DNA of 61,986 bases, counting the filler. It is 7 parts of 7 records of this genome, joined end to end, with 100 filler letters (N's around TTAATTAATTAA, not from the genome) between each part and the next. Parts side by side here need not be neighbours in the genome. Positions count along the whole stretch, not along the records: positions 8,097 to 15,934 come from SRR22947725_3502; positions 16,035 to 28,090 come from SRR22947725_3503; 5 more parts are not named here. One strand, given 5' to 3'. How positions within the stretch are numbered: the first letter of the stretch is position 1; every line of letters begins with the position of its first letter. Positions 9,483-19,325 of this stretch are shown here, piece by piece. The notes below the pieces were generated by a model. The model searched no databases. It worked only from the letters and a program-made list of their open reading frames with translations, and was not told the DNA's origin. Made by a program: the position numbers and the translations under genes.

Positions 9483-11831
9483 ATGTCTAAAACTAAAAGT
9501 AAGCTAAAAGAATATTTTTCATTATCAAGAACTCAACAAATCATGTTTGGAGTTTTTTTAGTGCTATTTTCAATTATTATTTTTTCTTCTTTAATCTCTT
9601 ATTTTGGAACATGGAGATCTGATCAGTCAGAACTAATTCAATTCTTTGATAAAGATGTAGATTCAGTCAATATCGCTAGCAAATTTGGTGCTTTGATAAG
9701 TCATTTTTTGATTTATTTAATGTTTGGTGTTTCTTCTTTTATTTTACCAATTTTATTATTTATTTCTGGACTAACTTTATTTGTAAATGCAGATTTAGCA
9801 AAACTTTATAATAGATGGTTTTGGGGTATATTAATAATGATTTGGATTTCATTGTTTTTTGGGTATTATTCTTCAAATTATATTTATTCAGGCAGTATTG
9901 GATTTGAAGTAAATGAGTTTTTAAAAATTTATATTGGAGAAATCGGAATAGTTTCAATACTGATTTTTGGATTACTAACTTACCTTGTTGTTAGATTGAA
10001 AGTAACCCCAGAAAAAGTTGTTGATTTTTTTAAAAAAATATACCCTAAAGTAAAAAGTGAATTAATTGATAAAAATCAAATTAATCCAATCCAAGTTGAT
10101 CTCTCAAATAAATTAAATAAAGAAAGAACTGAATCAAAATTTAATATAAAAAGTGAAGATCTAAAACCTACAATTGCAAATTTTTCATCATACAAAGATA
10201 AACCTAATTTTAAGCCAAGTGAAAATAGCGAAAGTGAAATCAAAATTGAAATCGAAAATAATGAAAAAGAAGAAATACTTGATGAAGATACTATCGCCAA
10301 AGGATTAGTAAAGAAATTTGGTGAATATGACCACACTTTAGAATTAAAAAACTACAAAACTCCATCAATAGAATTATTAAACGAATATGACAATGGAGGA
10401 GTTATTACTATAAATGAAGAAGAGTTAGAAGAGAATAAAGAAAAAATAATTGAAACTCTTAAGAATTATAAAATTGGTATTGATCAAATAAAAGCTACAA
10501 TTGGACCAACTGTAACTCTTTATGAAATCATTCCAGAAGCAGGAATTAGAATATCAAAAATTAAAAATTTAGAAGACGACATAGCCTTATCACTAGCTGC
10601 TTTAGGAATTAGAATTATAGCGCCTATTCCTGGAAAAGGAACAATTGGAATAGAGGTTCCAAATAAAAATTCAACTATTGTTTCAATGAAATCAGTATTA
10701 GCTTCAAAAAATTATCAAGAAGCTGAAATGGAACTTCCTATCGCATTAGGAAAAAACATAAGTAATGAAACTTATGTTGTCGATTTAGCCAAAATGCCGC
10801 ACTTGCTAATGGCAGGTGCTACAGGTCAGGGAAAATCAGTTGGACTTAACGCAGTCTTAACATCACTTCTTTATAAAAAACATCCCTCTGAAGTAAAATT
10901 TGTTTTAGTTGATCCAAAAAAAGTTGAATTAACTTTATTTAATAAGATTGAAAGACACTATTTAGCAAAGCTTCCAGATACGGATGAAGCTATTATTACT
11001 GATAACAAGGCTGTAATTAAAACCTTAAATTCATTATGTATCGAGATGGATAACAGGTATGAAATGTTAAAAAATGCTCTTTGTAGAAACATAAAAGAAT
11101 ACAATACTAAATTTAAACAAAGGAAATTAAATCCTGATTCTGGAAATGTTTTTCTTCCCTATATAGTTTTAATTATCGATGAATTTGCGGATCTAATTAT
11201 GACAGCAGGAAAAGAAGTTGAAACTCCTATTGCAAGGTTAGCCCAATTAGCTAGAGCTGTAGGAATTCACTTAATAATCGCTACTCAAAGACCCTCTGTA
11301 AATGTTATAACTGGAATCATTAAAGCTAATTTTCCTGCAAGAATTGCATTTAGAGTCACGTCAAAAATCGATTCCAGAACTATATTAGATAGTGGTGGTG
11401 CCGATCAGTTAATAGGAAAAGGTGATATGCTTTATACACAAGGAAATGAATTAGTAAGAATACAATGTGCTTTTGTTGACACACCTGAAATAAATAAAAT
11501 TACAGATTTCATAGGTTCTCAAAAAGCATACGCTACAGCTTATGAATTACCAGAATATATTGGTGAAGAAAGTTCAAGTTCTTTGGACAATAACATTGAG
11601 GATAGGGATGTTTTATTTAGAGAAGCTGCTGAAATTATAGTGATCGCTCAACAAGGTTCAGCATCATTATTGCAACGTAAAATGAAACTAGGCTATAACA
11701 GAGCGGGCAGAATTATTGACCAACTAGAAGCTGCGGGGATAGTTGGTGCGTTTGAAGGAAGTAAAGCTAGAGAGGTTTTAGTTTTAGATTTAGCTTCACT
11801 AAATACTCTATTAGAGAGTGAAAAAAATTAA
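9483..11831 (+). CDS. ftsK: DNA translocase FtsK
   Basis: N-terminal TM region, MPHLLMAGATGQGKS, IIDEFADL, gamma domain LQRKMKLGYNRAGR. Confidence 0.97.
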   Translation: MSKTKSKLKEYFSLSRTQQIMFGVFLVLFSIIIFSSLISYFGTWRSDQSELIQFFDKDVDSVNIASKFGALISHFLIYLMFGVSSFILPILLFISGLTLFVNADLAKLYNRWFWGILIMIWISLFFGYYSSNYIYSGSIGFEVNEFLKIYIGEIGIVSILIFGLLTYLVVRLKVTPEKVVDFFKKIYPKVKSELIDKNQINPIQVDLSNKLNKERTESKFNIKSEDLKPTIANFSSYKDKPNFKPSENSESEIKIEIENNEKEEILDEDTIAKGLVKKFGEYDHTLELKNYKTPSIELLNEYDNGGVITINEEELEENKEKIIETLKNYKIGIDQIKATIGPTVTLYEIIPEAGIRISKIKNLEDDIALSLAALGIRIIAPIPGKGTIGIEVPNKNSTIVSMKSVLASKNYQEAEMELPIALGKNISNETYVVDLAKMPHLLMAGATGQGKSVGLNAVLTSLLYKKHPSEVKFVLVDPKKVELTLFNKIERHYLAKLPDTDEAIITDNKAVIKTLNSLCIEMDNRYEMLKNALCRNIKEYNTKFKQRKLNPDSGNVFLPYIVLIIDEFADLIMTAGKEVETPIARLAQLARAVGIHLIIATQRPSVNVITGIIKANFPARIAFRVTSKIDSRTILDSGGADQLIGKGDMLYTQGNELVRIQCAFVDTPEINKITDFIGSQKAYATAYELPEYIGEESSSSLDNNIEDRDVLFREAAEIIVIAQQGSASLLQRKMKLGYNRAGRIIDQLEAAGIVGAFEGSKAREVLVLDLASLNTLLESEKN

Positions 11832-11833
11832 TA

Positions 11834-12469
11834 ATGAAAAATATTTTATTTACAATAATAATATTTAGTTTAAGCATAAATGCTCAAAATGATCCCAGAG
11901 CAGAAAAATTATTAGCTAAAGTTTCAAATAAAATTGATTTAGCAAAAAGTTATAAAATCAATTTTAAGTATACTTTAGAAAATAAACTAGAGGGAATAAA
12001 CCAAGACGTAGACGGAACTGTGACTATCCAGGGAGACAATTATTTATTGAATTTTATGGGAATTACTCAAATATGTGATTCTAATAATATCTACTCCATT
12101 GTTCCAGAAAATGAAGAAGTTATAATTTCTAGTATTGAAGAAGAAGAAGAACAAACCATAAAACCGTCGAAGTTGTTAAATTTTTATAGAAAAGGCTACT
12201 TAATTTTATGGGACAAACTTCAGTCAGATTATAAAAGTAAAATCCAATTTGTTAAGCTAATCCCAAGCAATTCAAATTCAGATATAGATTATTTACTTCT
12301 TGGAATTAATATTTCAAATGATAATATTTCTAAACTTATTGAAATCGGGAAAAATAAAACAAAAACAATACTTAGTGTAGATTCAATTGTTTTTGACCCT
12401 GTTTTAGAAAAAGATATTTTTATTTTTAATGAAAATAATTATAAAGATTATTACATAGAAAAATTATAA
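11834..12469 (+). CDS. lolA: Outer-membrane lipoprotein carrier LolA-like protein
   Basis: Signal peptide, PENEEV motif, conserved ftsK-lolA-lptF/G order in Flavobacteriia. Confidence 0.8.
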   Translation: MKNILFTIIIFSLSINAQNDPRAEKLLAKVSNKIDLAKSYKINFKYTLENKLEGINQDVDGTVTIQGDNYLLNFMGITQICDSNNIYSIVPENEEVIISSIEEEEEQTIKPSKLLNFYRKGYLILWDKLQSDYKSKIQFVKLIPSNSNSDIDYLLLGINISNDNISKLIEIGKNKTKTILSVDSIVFDPVLEKDIFIFNENNYKDYYIEKL

Positions 12470-12470
12470 A

Positions 12471-13931
12471 ATGAAGATAATAGATCGTTATATATTAACA
12501 TCTTATCTAAAGATATTTTTTAGCTTCTTTTTTATATTGATGTTTATCTTTATTATTCAAATAATATGGGTATTTATTGACGACTTAGCTGGAAAAGAAG
12601 TTGATTTTGAAATAATATTTAAATTTCTTTTATTCTACTCACCTAAACTACTGCCGTTAGTTATTCCATTGACAGTCTTACTAGCATCTATAATGACTTT
12701 TGGAAATTTATCTGAACAATATGAGTTGGCTGCTATAAAATCCTCTGGAATATCACTTTTTAGATCAATGAGAAGTCTTCTAGTTGTTAATATTATTCTA
12801 TGTATTGGAATGTTTTTTATAGCGAATAGCCTTATTCCCTATGCAGAATTCAAATCTTATAATCTTAGAAAAAATCTTGCTAAATTAAAACCAGCTTTGG
12901 CCATTACTGAGGGTGTTTTCAGTGATATAAACAACATGAATATTAAAGTTGAAAGAAAATACGGTCCAGACAATAATCTTCTCGAGGATATAATTATACA
13001 CCAAAATAATTTTAATTCTAGAAACACCTTAGTTATTAAAGCTGAATCTGGGGAACTTAGAAGTCAAGATTCAAGTGAAATTTTACAGTTAGTTTTAAAT
13101 AACGGGAAAAGATACGAGGAAATAGAAAGTAGAAGTCCAAACAACAAACAAGTTTCACCCCATACCCTAGTTTCTTTCGAAAAGCATGTAATGAATATAG
13201 ATTTGAGAGAATTCAACAAAGTTGATTTTGATGATGAAAAGTTCAGTAATACTTACAGAATGCAAAATATTTCTCAGTTAAATTTCAGTATTGATTCCTT
13301 ATCAAAAAACTTAGTTTTTAGATATAATAATTTTGCAAAAAATTTTTATGCTAGAACTGGAATCTCAAATTTTGGAAGAAACGTTAGAGCTGATAACAGT
13401 TTTAAAGATTCAGTTTTATACACAAACTACAATTCGCATTTAAAAGATTTCCCAAGGAATAAACAATTAGACGTATTAAACGAATCTTTAAATTTAACAA
13501 ACAGTCATGTTCAAGTTTTATTAAACCAAAAGGACAATTTTTTTATTAAAGAAAAAATAGTTAATCTTCATAAATCTAATTTATATGATAAGTATGCTTT
13601 AGGGTTTGCTTCTTTGATTCTATTTTTCGTTGGCGCTCCACTTGGAGCGATAATTAGAAAAGGTGGTATCGGACTTCCAATGGTTGTTTCATTAATATTA
13701 TTTCTCAGCTATCACTTTATAGGAACTTTCAGCAGAAATGCAGCAGAAGATGGAAGTATAGACGCACTAATTGGTAGTATAATTCCTAATGCAATAATGT
13801 TACCACTAGGATTATATTTAATTTACAGAGCTAGTTCTGATAAATCTATATTTAATTTTGATAAAATATCATATCCTTTTAGACTATTTTTGAAAAAAAT
13901 TAGTTCTATAAAATTTCGATTAAAAAAATAA
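12471..13931 (+). CDS. LPS export permease LptF/LptG family
   Basis: IIDRYI start, ELAAIKSSGIS, GAPLGAIIRKGG; 3+3 TM layout with large periplasmic domain. Confidence 0.9.
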   Translation: MKIIDRYILTSYLKIFFSFFFILMFIFIIQIIWVFIDDLAGKEVDFEIIFKFLLFYSPKLLPLVIPLTVLLASIMTFGNLSEQYELAAIKSSGISLFRSMRSLLVVNIILCIGMFFIANSLIPYAEFKSYNLRKNLAKLKPALAITEGVFSDINNMNIKVERKYGPDNNLLEDIIIHQNNFNSRNTLVIKAESGELRSQDSSEILQLVLNNGKRYEEIESRSPNNKQVSPHTLVSFEKHVMNIDLREFNKVDFDDEKFSNTYRMQNISQLNFSIDSLSKNLVFRYNNFAKNFYARTGISNFGRNVRADNSFKDSVLYTNYNSHLKDFPRNKQLDVLNESLNLTNSHVQVLLNQKDNFFIKEKIVNLHKSNLYDKYALGFASLILFFVGAPLGAIIRKGGIGLPMVVSLILFLSYHFIGTFSRNAAEDGSIDALIGSIIPNAIMLPLGLYLIYRASSDKSIFNFDKISYPFRLFLKKISSIKFRLKK

Positions 13932-13933
13932 AT

Positions 13934-15061
13934 ATGAGTAAAGTAATTTTAGATAAAATTTCAGATGCAATTGAAGATGTTAAGAAAGGGAAAATTATTA
14001 TCGTTGTTGACGACGAAAATAGAGAAAACGAGGGAGACTTTATTTGTGCTGCTGATCTAGTTACGCCTGAGTCGATAAATTTCATGGCTAAACATGCTAG
14101 AGGGCTAATATGTACTCCGATAACAGAAAAAAGATCAAGAAAGTTAAATTTATATCCAATGGTTACCAATAATACTGATCCCATGGATACGGCATTTACA
14201 GTTTCTGTAGATTTAAAAGGTTCTGGGGTAACTTCTGGTATATCTGCTTCAGATAGATCAAAAACTATAAAGGCAATTGTAAACAACAATACAAAACCAG
14301 ATGATTTAGCGCGTCCTGGTCACATTTTTCCGTTAATTGCAAAAGAAGGTGGTGTATTAAGAAGAACTGGGCATACAGAGGCAGCTATTGACTTTGCAAG
14401 ACTAGCAGGTTGTTCACCCGCAGGTGTTATTTGTGAAATAATGTCAGATGATGGATCTATGGCTAGAGTTCCTGAACTAATTAAAGTAGCTAAGAAATTA
14501 GATTTGAAAATTGTATCAATTGAGGATCTAGTTGCATATAGAATGAAACATGATAGTTTAATTACTAAAAAAGAATCTTTTATTTTTAATACAAAGTTTG
14601 GAGATTACAATTTATCAGCATTTCAACAAACAAATAACAATCAAATACATTTAGTATTATCAAAAGGAGAATGGAAAGAAAATGAGCCAGTTTTAGTTAG
14701 AATAAACTCATCGATCACAAACAATGATTTGCTAACAACTCTTACGTCCAAATCAAAAAATAAACTTGATGGTATTTTTAATAAAATAAATGAAGAAGAG
14801 AAAGGCGTCATAGTCTTTATTAACCAACCTCCTAACCCAGTAAATGTTTTATTTAGACTTAACGAAATAAAGAAACTACAATCTAAAGGAGAATACAAAA
14901 CACCACCTGTTGTAATGGACGAAAAGGACTTTGGAATTGGAGCTCAAATACTTCACGATCTTAAAATTCATAAAATAAGATTGTTAACAAATAGTACTCA
15001 GATAAAAAGAGTTGGAATGACAGGTTATGGATTAGAAATTGTTGAATATATTAATTACTAA
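13934..15061 (+). CDS. ribB: DHBP synthase RibB fused to a degenerate GTP cyclohydrolase II-like domain (RibBX)
   Basis: DDENRENEGD, RPGHIFPL, GHTEA; the C-terminal domain lacks the Zn-binding cysteines. Confidence 0.92.
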   Translation: MSKVILDKISDAIEDVKKGKIIIVVDDENRENEGDFICAADLVTPESINFMAKHARGLICTPITEKRSRKLNLYPMVTNNTDPMDTAFTVSVDLKGSGVTSGISASDRSKTIKAIVNNNTKPDDLARPGHIFPLIAKEGGVLRRTGHTEAAIDFARLAGCSPAGVICEIMSDDGSMARVPELIKVAKKLDLKIVSIEDLVAYRMKHDSLITKKESFIFNTKFGDYNLSAFQQTNNNQIHLVLSKGEWKENEPVLVRINSSITNNDLLTTLTSKSKNKLDGIFNKINEEEKGVIVFINQPPNPVNVLFRLNEIKKLQSKGEYKTPPVVMDEKDFGIGAQILHDLKIHKIRLLTNSTQIKRVGMTGYGLEIVEYINY

Positions 15062-15821
15062 AGAACCATAATTTAACAGACATTAATAGCACCATAATTA
15101 AAAGGAAAAATTTAATGGTTTTTTCACCCTTTTTAACTGACCATCTACTTGATGTCCATCCACCAAGAAAATTTCCTGAAGCCAAAAACAATCCATAAAC
15201 CCAATTAATTTTATCAGCCAAAGCAAAAGTTACAAAAGCACCAGTTGTATAAATTAAAACAATAACAACTTTAGTCGCATTAACTTTTACCAAGTCTAAT
15301 CTATTATAATAATGAAGAAACAACATTATAACAAATCCAATTCCTGCATTAATAAAACCTCCATAAATACCAATAAAAAAGAATGCAATCATTGATATAA
15401 AGAGATATTTACCAGTAAGTCTATCTGAAAGGTTTTTGTAATCAATATCAGGTTTAAAAACTATTAACAAAACTACTATAATCATTATAACGGCAAGAAT
15501 CTTGTTAAAAAGATCACCTTCAATATCAATTGCTATCTGTGCTCCTATTAATGCGCCTAAAAGACCTGCAAAGCCTAAATAAGCATTAAAAGGATAGTTA
15601 GAAACTCCTTTGCTTTTAAATCCAGCTGTAGCTGAAAAGGCGGACATAAATATCGCTATTCGATTAGTTCCATTTGCAACTGCAGATGGTAATCCCATGA
15701 AAATAAGTAAAGGAAGAGTTAATAAAGAGCCTCCTCCTGCCATTGTGTTTATAAACCCAGCAATAAATCCAGCAAGAATTAACAGAGGATAATGCCATGA
15801 AAACAAATCAAATTCAAACAT
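15051..15821 (-). CDS. TSUP / TauE-SafE family transporter
   Basis: AGGGSLLTLP, ANGTNR, GIYGGF motifs; about 8 TM. Confidence 0.9.
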   Translation of the reverse strand: MFEFDLFSWHYPLLILAGFIAGFINTMAGGGSLLTLPLLIFMGLPSAVANGTNRIAIFMSAFSATAGFKSKGVSNYPFNAYLGFAGLLGALIGAQIAIDIEGDLFNKILAVIMIIVVLLIVFKPDIDYKNLSDRLTGKYLFISMIAFFFIGIYGGFINAGIGFVIMLFLHYYNRLDLVKVNATKVVIVLIYTTGAFVTFALADKINWVYGLFLASGNFLGGWTSSRWSVKKGEKTIKFFLLIMVLLMSVKLWFFSN

Positions 15822-15867
15822 ATTTCAAATGTAACAAAAAGGAATCTATATAATAATTAAATAAAAA

Positions 15868-15898
15868 TTTGTACTAAATAAAAAGGAAGTTATATTTG
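15868..15898 (+). promoter_or_regulatory. Bacteroidetes primary-sigma promoter for tRNA-Ser
   Basis: TTTG (15868-71), 19-nt spacer, TATATTTG (15891-98): matches the TTTG/TAnnTTTG consensus. Confidence 0.75.
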
Positions 15899-15907
15899 CA
15901 TTCCATT

Positions 15908-15934
15908 GGAGAAATGGCAGAGTGGTCGAATGCG
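15908..15934 (+). tRNA. tRNA-Ser, 5' fragment (truncated at contig end)
   Basis: GGAGAAATGGCAGAGTGGTCGAATGCG is a class II tRNA-Ser-type acceptor and D-arm; the anticodon is missing. Confidence 0.8.
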
Positions 15935-16034
15935 NNNNNNNNNNNNNNNNNNNNNNNNNNNNNNNNNNNNNNNNNNNNTTAATTAATTAANNNNNNNNNN
16001 NNNNNNNNNNNNNNNNNNNNNNNNNNNNNNNNNN
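15935..16034. other. Artificial contig spacer
   Basis: N44-TTAATTAATTAA-N44. Confidence 0.99.
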
Positions 16035-17096
16035 TTCTAAGAAAATTTGACCATCTGTAATTGAGATAACATTTGTAGGAATAAATGCTGAAACATCACC
16101 ACCCTGTGTCTCGATTACTGGAAGTGCAGTTAATGAACCATTTCCTGAGTTATCACCAAGCTTAGCTGATCTTTCGAGTAATCTTGAGTGAAGATAGAAA
16201 ACATCACCAGGATAAGCTTCGCGACCTGGTGGGCGGCGAAGTAGTAATGACATCTGGCGATAAGCAACTGCTTGTTTTGTTAAGTCATCATATATCATCA
16301 ATCCATGCATTCCATTGTCGCGGAAATATTCGCCCATAGAAGTTGCCGCATAAGGGGCTAAGAATTGCATCGGTGCAGGATCAGAAGCTGTTGCAGCAAC
16401 AACAATTGTATATTCTAAAGCACCAGTTTCTTCTAATTTTTTAACTAACTGAGCAACAGTAGATCTTTTTTGGCCTATAGCAACATATATACAAAATAAT
16501 TTTTCTTTATCATTTTTTGCAGCATCATTATAAGCTTTTTGGTTTAGAATAGTATCAAGAGCTACAGCAGTTTTTCCAGTTTGTCGGTCGCCAATAATCA
16601 ATTCTCGTTGACCACGACCAATAGGAATCAAAGCGTCAACAGATTTAAGACCTGTGGCCATTGGCTCATGTACAGATTTACGTGGAATAATACCTGGAGC
16701 TTTTACATCAGCTGTTGATCGTTCTTTTGTATCAATAGGGCCTTTTCCATCAATTGGATTTCCTAAGCCATCAACTACTCTTCCAAGTAATTCAGGCCCA
16801 ATAGGCACATCAACAATGGCATTTGTACGTTTTACTGTATCGCCTTCTTTAATTGATTGGTCTGAACCAAAAATAACAACACCAACGTTGTCAGCTTCTA
16901 AGTTAAGGGCCATCCCTCTAATTCCACCTGGGAATTCAACCATCTCACCAGCTTGGACATTGTCCAAACCATGTACACGCGCGATACCATCACCAACTGA
17001 TAATACACGGCCTACTTCGGCAACTTCAGCCTCTTGACCAAAATTCTTAATTTGGTCTTTGAGGATCGCAGAGATTTCTGCAGCTTGGATAGACAT
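16035..17096 (-). CDS. atpA: F1 ATP synthase alpha subunit (3' truncated)
   Basis: [31 protein letters not shown]. Confidence 0.98.
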
Positions 17097-17656
17097 TATC
17101 CGACCTCTTTCATTACATTTTGAAGATTTGAGAGTTTTGACTTGATCGAACTATCGATCATTTTTGAACCCACTTTTACGATCAAACCACCAATTAGACT
17201 TTCATCAATGATAGCTTTGATATTTACATCCTTGCCAACAGACGCCTTTAATGTCTTTGACAATTCTTTAATTTGTTCAACAGATAATTTTTGAGCAGTG
17301 GTTACTTCAGCAGTAACTTCACCTTTTTCTTCAGAAATTTTAGTGCGAACTGCATCAATGAGCATAGGTACAACTTGTAAACGGCGTTTTTGAGCCATTA
17401 GCCCAAGTGTATTAGCGACCATTGAAGATAATTTCATTTTATTTGAAAGCGCATTTATTGCACCTACTACATCACTCCGAGAGTATACCGGTGACTTAAA
17501 TAGATCACGTAGAGATTCATTATTTGTTAATGCAACATCTAGGGTATCTAAATCTGTCTCTATAGTAGACAATTTATTAGCTTCTTTTGCTAAATCAAAC
17601 AGTGCCGTTGCATAACGCGCAGCAACACCTGAGGATATCGAACTTGTGTCAGACAC
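17096..17656 (-). CDS. atpH: F1 ATP synthase delta subunit
   Basis: [25 protein letters not shown]; start moved to GTG 17656, which follows a GAAAGG SD. Confidence 0.95.
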   Translation of the reverse strand: MSDTSSISSGVAARYATALFDLAKEANKLSTIETDLDTLDVALTNNESLRDLFKSPVYSRSDVVGAINALSNKMKLSSMVANTLGLMAQKRRLQVVPMLIDAVRTKISEEKGEVTAEVTTAQKLSVEQIKELSKTLKASVGKDVNIKAIIDESLIGGLIVKVGSKMIDSSIKSKLSNLQNVMKEVG

Positions 17657-18035
17657 GTGGAACCTTTCGATATAGTTATGGGTATACACCCGTTCCGTAT
17701 TTTTAATTAAAAAGTGAAAAACAATTCACTATGATAACTTTGCGCGTGATAGCAAAGCAAACGCTCGTATGCAACTGTTTTGGTAACACTTTTAAATAAT
17801 GAAAATTAAATGTTTTCAATAACATAGCATAAAGCCGCGACAATCTGCTCACAAAATATTCAATAAAATATGCATTTATACAAAATTAATAGCCTAAAAA
17901 CCCCCAAACATTACGAATCTTTACATTAAAGCTTAGAAAATAATGTTTGATATTATGGCAAACTGATTTAAATCAATTCCAGATAATAACAACAATTTGA
18001 ATCAAATTTTTTTAAGAGATATAGATTATACATTT

Positions 18036-19325
18036 ATGAATATATTTTTTTTATCATTATCACTTTTTTTGCTGACATTTCCTGTAAGCGCTCAAAAAGT
18101 AATTCCACTAAAAAACATCCACGGGCTCTATAATGCCTACGTAATACCAATTGATGATCAAGCACGAATTGATATTCAACTAATTATTCTCTCAGGAAGT
18201 TATGATGAAGATGACATTTCAGGCATAGCGCATTATACAGAACACCTAGCTGCTTTGTCATCTGATGCAGCGGTTTTGCAAGAACCTCGTCAAAGGGATT
18301 TGAATGCATTTACTTCACAGGTTTCCACCGTCTATACAAATACAGGCACAGAAAGTGAATTAGATCGCATAATGAAGTTAACACGAGCAGTGCTTGATAC
18401 ACCCCAGTTAACACAGAGCTTTAAAGAAAGCGAAATCGACATTGTAAAAAGAGAAGTCTATTATAAAGAGCGCAACGCTCCAACTAGATGGTTAAATAGA
18501 CTTGCTTTACAAAAATTATATAATTCTAAAAGTGGGCGTGCCGAAACACCCGTTGAGGACTTGAATAAACTAACAGTAGAAAGAGCAATTAAATTTCACA
18601 ATAAACATTACAAACCCTCAAACTCAATGTTGATAATTTCAGGAAATATTAATGAAAAATTAGCACAAAAAAAAGTTTCAGAATATTTTGGCAGTACACA
18701 AAAAACAAAACGTGTAAAAGATGTTTGGCTTAACCAACGACCCAACAAAAACTTAAATAGTGTCACAAAAATTTCAACAAATCGCCTTTTAAATAATCAA
18801 TTATCTTTTGCGAAGTTCTTTCGATTTGCTGATCTTTCAGATATTTTGGGGATGCAAGCTTCATTTTTTATTGCTTCCGATATTTATAACTCTCATTTAA
18901 ACGATATACTTTATTTAGATGGAAATATCGCACAGTCGTTTTCTCAAAGTTCATACATAGCTATAAATGGTGATATCGAATATACTGCATCATTAATTCC
19001 TTTTGAAGGTGTTACTCTTGACCAAGCACATAAAGAATTAAAAAATGCAATAAAAAGTCTAAGAGATAAAAGTATTACAAAAAAAGAGATAGAAATAGCC
19101 CGAGCTAAAAATGTTGCATATGCAAAGTCACTATCTCAAAGTCCCAGAGCATATTTAGACTTTTTTCAGAATTTAGGATCTGATGGATTACCACCAGTCT
19201 CTCCAAAAGAATTTGCAAAGATGATTGCTGATGCTCCAATAAAAGATATTTTAAAAATAATTACTGCATTTTCTTCAGATAGCCCTAATGCAGCAATTTT
19301 AGCAAAATTAGATGTTGAGCGATGA
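18036..19325 (+). CDS. Secreted M16 (insulinase/M16B) zinc peptidase, catalytic subunit
   Basis: Signal peptide from ATG 18036, inverted zinc motif HYTEH, downstream Glu in IVKRE, FHNKHYKPSN. Confidence 0.82.
   Translation: MNIFFLSLSLFLLTFPVSAQKVIPLKNIHGLYNAYVIPIDDQARIDIQLIILSGSYDEDDISGIAHYTEHLAALSSDAAVLQEPRQRDLNAFTSQVSTVYTNTGTESELDRIMKLTRAVLDTPQLTQSFKESEIDIVKREVYYKERNAPTRWLNRLALQKLYNSKSGRAETPVEDLNKLTVERAIKFHNKHYKPSNSMLIISGNINEKLAQKKVSEYFGSTQKTKRVKDVWLNQRPNKNLNSVTKISTNRLLNNQLSFAKFFRFADLSDILGMQASFFIASDIYNSHLNDILYLDGNIAQSFSQSSYIAINGDIEYTASLIPFEGVTLDQAHKELKNAIKSLRDKSITKKEIEIARAKNVAYAKSLSQSPRAYLDFFQNLGSDGLPPVSPKEFAKMIADAPIKDILKIITAFSSDSPNAAILAKLDVER

Noticed and set aside
17830..17852. Possible RegA/PrrA box (GCCGCGACAATCTGCTC) between atpH and the M16 pair
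   Set aside because: Only one half-site matches; insufficient without comparative data
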